A stretch of DNA of 59,390 nucleotides, from positions 1 to 59,390 of the forward strand of contig RDOE01000012.1 of assembly GCA_011364975.1 (NCBI GenBank), given 5' to 3'. Of the stretch, positions 19,737-27,853 are shown one piece after another; position 1 is the first letter of the stretch, and each line of letters begins with the position of its first letter. The position numbers were made by a program, and so were the translations under genes. Source of the DNA: Promethearchaeota archaeon. GTDB lineage: Archaea; Asgardarchaeota; Lokiarchaeia; Sigyniarchaeales; SOKP01. The notes below the pieces were generated by a model. The model searched no databases, was not told the origin of the DNA, and was given only the letters and a program-made list of their open reading frames with translations.

Positions 19737-20927
19737 ATGAAGGGAATGAATTCAAAACAAAGAGTGAATATAACACTTAATCATAGGGAACCAGACAAAG
19801 TTCCTCTGGATTTGGGAGGAAATCAATCGAGTATTCATCTTAAAGCATATAAAAATTTACTAGCATATTTAGAAATTGATGATAAAAGTATTAAATTTGC
19901 AGATTTTGTCCAACAGATTGCAGATCCTTGTGAAGCAGTTTTAGAGAGGTTTAATATTGATATACGTTATATTCGTCCTCAAGGTGGCATGATAAGAGTA
20001 GAGGATATGGAACCCCAATATGAGGGAAAATATGTTGGTGTATATGATCAATTTGGAGTATTTTGGGGAAATGATGCTGAAAAAAATATCGACGATATAT
20101 TGTACTATGATCCGGTTATTTATCCTTTTGCCGAGTTTTCAACCGTACAAGAGATTGAAAATTATAATTGGCCTGATGGCAAGGATAAATCCCCATTTAA
20201 AGGTTTGCGTGAAATAGCTAAAAAACTTTACGAAACAACTAATTATGCCCTTTCTGGACACCCTTCTGGTTGCGTATACGAATATTGTACATTTTTATTT
20301 TCCTTTACCAAAACACTAAGATACTTAAAAACAAAACCTGAATTAATCATAGCTGCAATGAAAAATTTATTGAACTATTGGATCGATTACAATGTAACAT
20401 TTTTAGATGAAGTTGGAGAATATCTTGATGTTGTGTGTATTAACGGAGATTTAGCCGAACAAGCGGGCCCAATTATGAACTTAAAGATATATGAGAACAT
20501 GATAAAACCGATAGAAAGGCAATTATCGACAAAAGTTCATGAATTGACAGATGCAAAAATCAATTACCATTGTTGCGGCTCAATTCCTTTATTTATACCC
20601 CATTTTGCAGAAATAGGGTATGATGTTGTCAATCCAGTCCAGATTTCTGCGTATGATATGGAACCCTGTTCTCTTAAAAAAAGGTTTGGAAATTTGATAA
20701 CATTTTGGGGTGGATTATGTAATACACAAAAAACATTACCTTTTGGAAATTCAGAGTCTATTAGAGAAGAAGTTAGAAGAAATCTCGCCTGTTTTAAGCC
20801 TGGGGGCGGATTTATAGCATCTAATATTCATAACATAACAGCGGAAGTACCTCCTCAAAATATTGTATCAATGTTTGATGCTGCAAATGAATTTAGGGAT
20901 TATCAAAATAATGGCAAGATTGATTAA
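19737..20927 (+). CDS. Uroporphyrinogen decarboxylase / MtaA-CmuA-like family protein
   Basis: HREPDKVPLDLGG, YHCCG, NPVQ, FWGG and GGGFIASNIHNI motifs. Confidence 0.88.
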   Translation: MKGMNSKQRVNITLNHREPDKVPLDLGGNQSSIHLKAYKNLLAYLEIDDKSIKFADFVQQIADPCEAVLERFNIDIRYIRPQGGMIRVEDMEPQYEGKYVGVYDQFGVFWGNDAEKNIDDILYYDPVIYPFAEFSTVQEIENYNWPDGKDKSPFKGLREIAKKLYETTNYALSGHPSGCVYEYCTFLFSFTKTLRYLKTKPELIIAAMKNLLNYWIDYNVTFLDEVGEYLDVVCINGDLAEQAGPIMNLKIYENMIKPIERQLSTKVHELTDAKINYHCCGSIPLFIPHFAEIGYDVVNPVQISAYDMEPCSLKKRFGNLITFWGGLCNTQKTLPFGNSESIREEVRRNLACFKPGGGFIASNIHNITAEVPPQNIVSMFDAANEFRDYQNNGKID

Positions 20928-20929
20928 AA

Positions 20930-21760
20930 ATGATCGCCCATGAATTTAAAATATTTGATGCTCACCTTCACTCTTATGGCTTATTTTTAGATAGTAATAA
21001 AAGTATAATTGAATATCTGGATGCGCATAACGTTGAGAAAGCAATTATAACTACTATTAATCGAGCTGCCAAAATCTCACCACAAATGGATGATATCGAC
21101 ACTAATCAATTAAAGACTTACAAGATGATTCCAAAGGGCCAATTGAATCATGACGATGTAATAGAAATATGTAATCAAGCTCCCAAAAGATTCTATCCAT
21201 TTTTTTGGTTTAATCCAAATATGGATTCTCAAAATGAAGAAGAAAGTTATAAAATACTTGAAGAGCATTTTAAGAAGGGTTTTTGTGGGATTAAATTACA
21301 ACCATCAATAAACTTAATTAAAATCCCTCGAGATATCTTGAAACTTATAGACTTTATGCAAGAATATAATAAAGAATATCCTATTTTTATTCATTTATCT
21401 CCAAAATTTTCATTTTTTAGCGGAACAAGTATTAAGGATTTTAGCATATTGGCAACTAAATATCCTGATCTAACAATTATCCTCGGACATGCTGCACTCT
21501 CAATGGAATTAGCAATTGATATTGGTTTAAACTTGAAAAAGTATAAAAATATTATATTTGAGACCTCTTGTTCAATTCCACTCGGAATTTTAAGCTTAAT
21601 TCGTAATGTTGGTCATAAACGTTTAATTTTTGGTTCAGATGCTCCAACCACAAATCCTCTTCAATTGGAGATAGATAAAATTTTATGTTTGCCCATTTCG
21701 AAAACTCAGAAAGAAGATATATTTTACAATAATGTTTATGAATTTATGAATAAATTCTGA
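20930..21760 (+). CDS. Amidohydrolase family (Amidohydro_2) metal-dependent hydrolase
   Basis: DAHLH, GIKLQP, IILGHA and LIFGSDAP motifs. Confidence 0.88.
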   Translation: MIAHEFKIFDAHLHSYGLFLDSNKSIIEYLDAHNVEKAIITTINRAAKISPQMDDIDTNQLKTYKMIPKGQLNHDDVIEICNQAPKRFYPFFWFNPNMDSQNEEESYKILEEHFKKGFCGIKLQPSINLIKIPRDILKLIDFMQEYNKEYPIFIHLSPKFSFFSGTSIKDFSILATKYPDLTIILGHAALSMELAIDIGLNLKKYKNIIFETSCSIPLGILSLIRNVGHKRLIFGSDAPTTNPLQLEIDKILCLPISKTQKEDIFYNNVYEFMNKF

Positions 21761-21977
21761 ATTATTGCGCTCTATCTTCTGACTTAATTATTTTTTCTTA
21801 GGATTTTTTATCCTATATCTTCTCAATATTAACCAATTAATTATAATCCATTGTAAAATTATTATTAGATTATTTATTTCTAAAGCTGTGTTTTATTTTT
21901 GTTTTAATAATATCCTTTTTAAAAGTAGTAATGCAATTTTAAATTATACAAAACTAAAAGAGATAAAGTTTGTTAGC

Positions 21978-22532
21978 GTGAACAATTTTAGGAAAGATCC
22001 ATATTATAATGAAAATGATAACTGGGATGTCATCGAAATTTCAAAAGTAAACGACAAAATTATTAAACGACTACTAAATTATTTAAAATCCGAAATATCT
22101 GAAAATTTCTTCATTTCATTTGAAAGCTTACTAAAACTGGGAAATAAAATACCTAAAACAACAATAAATAGTATTCTTGATGAATTAGATAAGTCTGATG
22201 ACTTTAAGAAGGAAATTTTCAAATTTATTTTAGATTTTACACAAAATTCCACAGTAGAATATCATTTGCTTCCCCAACTATACAACCCTGACTTTATACT
22301 TCGAGCTCGAGCAATAATGAAAATTGAAGTTAATAATGATAAGAGGTATATCAAGTTCTTATTACCTCTCTTAGAAGATCCAGATGATTCGGTTCGGTAT
22401 AAAACCATGAAATTTTTATCTAAATTTAAAGATAATTCTACTATATATAAGCATTTAAAAGCACATCTTGAAAAAGAGCTTAATCCTATAATTTTTGATA
22501 CCCTTAAGGAAAAATTAGAAGATGGGCTTTAA
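21978..22532 (+). CDS. HEAT-repeat (PBS lyase-like) protein
   Basis: LYNPDFILRARAI and LLPLLEDPDDSVRYKT repeats; GTG 21978 preferred to the track start at 21888. Confidence 0.7.
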   Translation: MNNFRKDPYYNENDNWDVIEISKVNDKIIKRLLNYLKSEISENFFISFESLLKLGNKIPKTTINSILDELDKSDDFKKEIFKFILDFTQNSTVEYHLLPQLYNPDFILRARAIMKIEVNNDKRYIKFLLPLLEDPDDSVRYKTMKFLSKFKDNSTIYKHLKAHLEKELNPIIFDTLKEKLEDGL

Positions 22533-22789
22533 AGCTAAAAAATAGGTTGATCTTTAATCTCTTTTTTAGAAAATTATCTTTTTGTTGCTGTTCCTTAACA
22601 CAACTAGAAAGAATAAAAATTTATCAAAAAGTAAAGAATTAAAAAAGACATTTTTAATTATTAATATATACAAAGTAAGTCATATCAGTGAAAATTTTGC
22701 TATTAAGCCAAAATTATCAGATTTTAAAATATTAAAAGCAAAAATATAATTTTAATTGAGGTTGGGGTAACAAATCAATATTTAAAAAA

Positions 22790-22794
22790 AGGTG
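22790..22794 (+). promoter_or_regulatory. Shine-Dalgarno-like AGGTG upstream of the Rab-like GTPase
   Basis: GGTG at 22791-22794 lies 7 nt before in-frame ATT 22802; the same GGTG precedes ATG 23337 and ATG 27854. Confidence 0.6.
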
Positions 22795-22801
22795 TTAAAG
22801 A

Positions 22802-23332
22802 ATTTCATCATATGATTACACGTTTAAAATATTATTACTTGGAGATGCTTCTGTAGGAAAAACATCATTTACCAAAAGATATTGTTATAATATATTTAAT
22901 CCTTCTGAGCGTCTTACAATCGGAGTAGATTTCCACGTTAAAACAATTGATTTAAATGACAAAAAGGTAAAGTTACAAATCTGGGACGTTGGAGGGGAAG
23001 AACGCTTTAGATTTTTATTGCCCACCTACTGTTTAGGAGCAAATGCAGCCTTTTTATTATATGATATTACACGACCACAAACCCTAGATAATATTGCTGA
23101 ATGGACTAATATTGTCCGTCAAAAGGGTGGTCCTATTCCTATAATGCTAGTAGGTTCAAAATTGGATCTTACTGATACCCAAAGACAAATTACTAGAGAA
23201 TATGGTATTCAGGTTGCTGAAAAAAATGAATTAGCATCATTTGCAGAAATATCAAGCAAAACTGGACAAAATGTCAATAAAACATTTGAGGTTCTCACAG
23301 AACTAACGTTAAAACGAACTGAAAGTAGGTGA
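22802..23332 (+). CDS. Rab-like small GTPase (Ras superfamily), 176 aa, probable ATT start
   Basis: Frame is open upstream of the track ORF (23018): (I)SSYDYTFKILLLGDASVGKTS...TIGVDF...KLQIWDVGGEERFRFLLPTYCLGA..LLYDIT..GSKLD..EISSK. Confidence 0.93.
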   Translation: MSSYDYTFKILLLGDASVGKTSFTKRYCYNIFNPSERLTIGVDFHVKTIDLNDKKVKLQIWDVGGEERFRFLLPTYCLGANAAFLLYDITRPQTLDNIAEWTNIVRQKGGPIPIMLVGSKLDLTDTQRQITREYGIQVAEKNELASFAEISSKTGQNVNKTFEVLTELTLKRTESR

Positions 23333-23336
23333 TTTC

Positions 23337-24299
23337 ATGGAAGACACTGAATTTTTAGCACTTAGCTCTCTATTTGATGCGATTGGGGTAATAGAAAAAG
23401 GTATAGAAAGAATCTATCACTATTTACTAATCAATAAAAGAATTGACAATTTAAAAGAAGTTGCTTCAAAATATAGTCTTACCCTTAAACGTGGTTATAA
23501 AATTTGTTCAGTTTTAAATGATTTAGGCTTGATACAAATCTATGATAGACCCATGAAAATTCATCTCGCTAATCCCCCAGATTCAATCTGGCAAGCTATT
23601 GTTAATGATAGAATCGATAAATTATCACTGGAATTTCAAGAAAAAAAAGAGCGAGCAGAAAATGCTTTAGTGGATTTTATTAAGCAATATCAACTTGAAG
23701 AACCTACAACCCAAGAATTCGTTGAATTTATTAATTATAATCTAAACAATTTTGATGATACTTATTATTCTTTTATGGCTAAAAACCAGTGTAAAATTGC
23801 GTTAGGTATTAGATATGAAAACGAATTAACAACAATCTTTAAAAAGCATGGCTTTCAGAACATACCCGAAAATTTAAGAGAATCTATGAAGACGGGAATG
23901 ATTAAAGTAAAGGATAATGTTAAAAATGTTGATCTAAAGGTTATATTTAACGCAGAATTAATTAAAGAATTATTAATTAGTAAAGAATTTGAACTCCTTT
24001 CGAATCACGTAGCCTCTTTTAATTTTAAATTTGGTAATTTAGATGTTCACGTAACATACGATGATTTTAGTAATTTTAGCCTTACAGATAATGAATTAAT
24101 ACAACCTAGTTTTGATCCCACAAATAGGTTGATTGGAGCTTATATTTCTCGTAATAAAAATATCTATCAAATCTTTAACGATAAATTTAACGAGTTATAT
24201 GCAAAAGGGATTTCTGTTTCACAATTTTTAAATGAACAAGAAGAAATTCCAATAGATAGCATAACCGAAACACAAGTTTTCACATTATGCTTATTATAA
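23337..24299 (+). CDS. TrmB-like transcriptional regulator (N-terminal wHTH, coiled coil, C-terminal effector domain)
   Basis: IYHYLL...KEVASK...YKICSVLNDLGLI..RPMK...PP resembles the TrmB wHTH; starts 4 nt after the GTPase stop with an AGGTGA RBS. Confidence 0.6.
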   Translation: MEDTEFLALSSLFDAIGVIEKGIERIYHYLLINKRIDNLKEVASKYSLTLKRGYKICSVLNDLGLIQIYDRPMKIHLANPPDSIWQAIVNDRIDKLSLEFQEKKERAENALVDFIKQYQLEEPTTQEFVEFINYNLNNFDDTYYSFMAKNQCKIALGIRYENELTTIFKKHGFQNIPENLRESMKTGMIKVKDNVKNVDLKVIFNAELIKELLISKEFELLSNHVASFNFKFGNLDVHVTYDDFSNFSLTDNELIQPSFDPTNRLIGAYISRNKNIYQIFNDKFNELYAKGISVSQFLNEQEEIPIDSITETQVFTLCLL

Positions 24300-24336
24300 A
24301 AGCTAAATAAAATAAAAAAATAAAAGTTAGGAAAAG

Positions 24337-25869
24337 CTAATTTTCGTCTCTCTTCCTTTGCATAGCAATTCTGAACTTTTCTAGTTGCTTTCTGGGAGTT
24401 ACTGTTGGCCTGTCATAAGGTTTAAGCTTGGATTTAATACCAAAAAGGTATTTAGCTATATCCTTTAGACGTTCTGTATCGTAGCGCATCATCATGGTAA
24501 TGGTTTCCATCTGTGGGCTTCCACCACCATGAATACCTGCAACTTGCATTAGGCCACCTAATTCAGAAACTGCAATTGTTTCAATACCTCTGAAACATTT
24601 ATATATATTTTCGGGTTTTACTCTTGGATTACGCTGTAAGTACTTCATGGCGAGATCTCCAACATCTTCATTAAAGAAAGATCCCTCAAAAGGTAAAGTT
24701 GCTATAATTCCACCTGAAAGATCTGCTAATATTTTATATTCTTCGAAAATCATTTCGCCTGCCAATCTTCTCCCTGCGTTTGTTAAAATTTCATCTGGTA
24801 CTTGAGTTCCAGAAGGTGCTTTCTCCGAATGTTTTGCACTCGACTCTCCAGCCGCAAACACTAATTCTGCAGTACCGATTAAATGAGAAATTTTATCTTG
24901 AGCATGACTAGCCTTCTCTATCCCATTATATTCTGCAACTAAAGCTGCTGCACTAGCGAGGACTTCGGACATAGCTGGTTTACAACCAGTATAACTATGT
25001 CGATGATAATGAGCAAACATCAGTGCAAGAAATCCTGCATAGGGTGTCTGTCTCGGGTCTCCATGACCATTTAAAAAGACTCTCTCTTTAGGTACAAAAA
25101 CATCATCAAAAATTATAAAGGTTTCACAATCCCCTAATTTTGAAGAGGGAGAATCAATTACCTTGCTTTCACGAATCCATGCCGGTCTTGTGAGTAATTT
25201 CACTCCATCCCAATCTGCCGGCAAAGCAAAAGCAACCGCATAATCTTTATCTTCTGGCCCCATATATCTACAAGGGACTGCGATAAATTCATCGGCATAT
25301 GGAGTATTCGTTATATTTATTTTACATCCTCTTACTACAATACCATCTTCTCGTGTTTCTATGACTCTTAAATATTGATCTGGGTCTTCTTGTTCATGTG
25401 GTCTCTTTAAACGGTCTCCTTTCGCATCGGTTTGAGCACAGCTAGCTACTAAATCATTTTCTTGGAAATATTCCATATACCTTTTAAATCGTTCATAATG
25501 ATCTGTTCCTAGAGCTTGGTCCATTTCATATGTTATAACAGATAAAGCATTTAATGAATCAATTCCCATACATCTTTGAATGCAGCCACCTACACGATGG
25601 CATAATTGCCTTGTCATTTTTTGCTTTTTTAGAAGGTCTTCTTCACTTTGGTGAATATGAGTAAATCTGTTAATTTTCTTTCCAGTTAAATGGCTTGTTG
25701 CTGTACATAAATCTTCCCAATCTGGATCGTGAGCTTTATCAAACGTCTCTTTGATAATTCCCATACCCCCTTTAATTCTCCAGTCATCTCGTCCAACTTT
25801 TTCGTCCCCGATATAAATATTTGGTTTCATTTTTTTCAGGTTTTCAACATATTGTTCATATGTTCGCAA
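24337..25869 (-). CDS. 4-hydroxybutyryl-CoA dehydratase / HpaB family protein (AbfD paralogue)
   Basis: SHLTGKKINRFTH, CIQRC, QTDAKGDR, HRHSYTGCK and HGGGSPQ motifs. Confidence 0.88.
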   Translation of the reverse strand: MRTYEQYVENLKKMKPNIYIGDEKVGRDDWRIKGGMGIIKETFDKAHDPDWEDLCTATSHLTGKKINRFTHIHQSEEDLLKKQKMTRQLCHRVGGCIQRCMGIDSLNALSVITYEMDQALGTDHYERFKRYMEYFQENDLVASCAQTDAKGDRLKRPHEQEDPDQYLRVIETREDGIVVRGCKINITNTPYADEFIAVPCRYMGPEDKDYAVAFALPADWDGVKLLTRPAWIRESKVIDSPSSKLGDCETFIIFDDVFVPKERVFLNGHGDPRQTPYAGFLALMFAHYHRHSYTGCKPAMSEVLASAAALVAEYNGIEKASHAQDKISHLIGTAELVFAAGESSAKHSEKAPSGTQVPDEILTNAGRRLAGEMIFEEYKILADLSGGIIATLPFEGSFFNEDVGDLAMKYLQRNPRVKPENIYKCFRGIETIAVSELGGLMQVAGIHGGGSPQMETITMMMRYDTERLKDIAKYLFGIKSKLKPYDRPTVTPRKQLEKFRIAMQRKRDEN

Positions 25870-26080
25870 TCATATCACTTCTCTATTTTCTTGTATTGTA
25901 TAGATATTTTAATTATATTCGTTTAAGCAGAATTAAAACTCATTTAAGAAGTTAATTCTAATCAAACTATTGTTTATGTGCTATATATCAATTAACAAGG
26001 TTATAATGATATAAGAAAAGGAAAAAAAATTAATAAAAAAAAGGGTAATTATATTAAGACCTTCTAATTAAAAAGATCAA

Positions 26081-26530
26081 TTAATCATATCTCTTTCTTG
26101 TAAATACGAGCCAGAAGAATCCTACTATTCCAAGAATAAATGCAACGATAATTACGTAGTTTGGCCAATATCCTGCATCAAAACTCCCTAAATTAGTTAA
26201 CCAGCCGATTATTGGGCTAACGCTAGTCACAGCCATAATGCTTAATACGACTAATCCTTGTCCCATCGCCCATTCTTGCTCACCAAACATTCCGATACCA
26301 GAAACAATTGCCCAGAAGCCCAAAACTCCTTGAATCAATCCTTGGGTACCAAAAAAAGTGAGTGCAGCTTGTAGATCCGGATCAGTAGCAAAATCAGCTA
26401 ACCATGATGGTACCACAATTCCTGCCCATGCTAAAAAGGACATCACTGCGGTAAAGATAAAGACAATGCCAATTAAGATCATTAAAATATTTAATAATTC
26501 ATTCGAATCTTTCTTTTTAGTTTCGCTCAT
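26081..26530 (-). CDS. Hypothetical 4-TM membrane protein
   Basis: Four hydrophobic segments; ATG 26530 has an AGGT upstream. Confidence 0.65.
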   Translation of the reverse strand: MSETKKKDSNELLNILMILIGIVFIFTAVMSFLAWAGIVVPSWLADFATDPDLQAALTFFGTQGLIQGVLGFWAIVSGIGMFGEQEWAMGQGLVVLSIMAVTSVSPIIGWLTNLGSFDAGYWPNYVIIVAFILGIVGFFWLVFTRKRYD

Positions 26531-26770
26531 TTTTCTAAACCTTTTTAACATTTAATTTAATATTAAATGTTGAGAGTAATATAAACTACCAATTATAAAA
26601 ACTTTATTCATTTAGATTATTATACGTGAATAATCAATAATCTTTTCATTCCATATATTTCAGAATGCAATTGAAATTCGAAAAAAAGGATTTCAATTTT
26701 ATAAGGTAAAATTATTTATCGATTCAAAACTAGTTTGTTTTAATCATAGATATAATCATCTACTTTAGAA

Positions 26771-27757
26771 ATGAATAAATCCCTCACACCGGAAGGAATT
26801 TATAACGGTGTATTAAAGGGAGATATAAGCAAAAATCTAGCACAAGATCAGTTACTTTCATTGATCGAAGGAAGTAATGACCCACAAATTCGTTCAAAAG
26901 CCATAGATATAATTAAAAGTTTGAATTATCGCGAAATTGAAATTTTTAAAATCATAGAAAACTCTTTACTTTCCGATGAGAGCGCTTTTGTCCGAAATTC
27001 CGCTGCTAAGTTAATTTTTAACCTATTTCGAGAACAAGCAATTAATTCTTTAGTGTGGGTTGCAAAAAGTGAAGTATCGCCTTTAATCCTTAGTACAATT
27101 TTTAATTTGATAGGTAATAGTAATGAATCAGCCATTAAGCCCATAATTATAGAATTAAATAAAGTTCTAGAAAAAATCTCTTTAAAATTAGGGATAACAC
27201 AAGGTGAAGCTAGATTTATACTTGATCTCGAAGCTCAATTCGTTTTGGTTGACCAAAATTCTACATTCGAGTTTGGATCTTATTCGCATTATATTAAGAT
27301 TCATGATTTCCGTTACAATCGAAATTGGCTTGAAATTCATGATAAACATATAACGTCATTGACTCTGAACATCCATAATTGGTTATACGTTAAAAAAAAC
27401 CTTGAATACATGAACTCTTTTCACAAGCTCACCTATCCAGAAATATATCTTGAGATTTTAAAAGAAAATAGCATTTGGGCGCTTGATAATTTTTCCATCC
27501 CCGAATCAATAGATTGTTTGCAGAACCTTAAATTGTTAAATTTAAGTAGGAATGGATTGGTGAGTTTACCCAGATCTATAGGACATCTAAAAAAACTTCA
27601 AATTTTGGATCTATCTTATAATAATCTAATAAGACTCCCAAAGTTAATCCTCTCATTAAAAGAATTAAGAGTGCTAAATATTTCTTATAATAAGATTGAA
27701 ACCTTTTCTAAGGAGTTTAATAGATTTCTAAACTCATTAGAGAAATTTACAATTTAG
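26771..27757 (+). CDS. HEAT-repeat plus leucine-rich-repeat protein
   Basis: N-terminal HEAT-like units (SNDPQIRSKAI, SDESAFVRNSAA); C-terminal LRRs (LKLLNLSRNGLVSLPRSIG, LQILDLSYNNL, LRVLNISYNKI). Confidence 0.85.
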   Translation: MNKSLTPEGIYNGVLKGDISKNLAQDQLLSLIEGSNDPQIRSKAIDIIKSLNYREIEIFKIIENSLLSDESAFVRNSAAKLIFNLFREQAINSLVWVAKSEVSPLILSTIFNLIGNSNESAIKPIIIELNKVLEKISLKLGITQGEARFILDLEAQFVLVDQNSTFEFGSYSHYIKIHDFRYNRNWLEIHDKHITSLTLNIHNWLYVKKNLEYMNSFHKLTYPEIYLEILKENSIWALDNFSIPESIDCLQNLKLLNLSRNGLVSLPRSIGHLKKLQILDLSYNNLIRLPKLILSLKELRVLNISYNKIETFSKEFNRFLNSLEKFTI

Positions 27758-27853
27758 TCAAGTTTTTATATTAAGAGGTCAATTCAGTTAATTATATAAA
27801 TAATTTCGTCTAAGATTTATATCAATGATTTTTAAGTCAGATAGGTGCAAATA

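Noticed and set aside
23018-23332. Track's 104-aa ORF as a truncated GTPase pseudogene
   Set aside because: The same frame is open and motif-complete back to 22799.
12248-23332. Selenocysteine readthrough at TGA stops (12250, 16574, 21760, 23332)
   Set aside because: Each TGA falls at the natural end of its domain, and I saw no continuing homology or SECIS-like hairpin.
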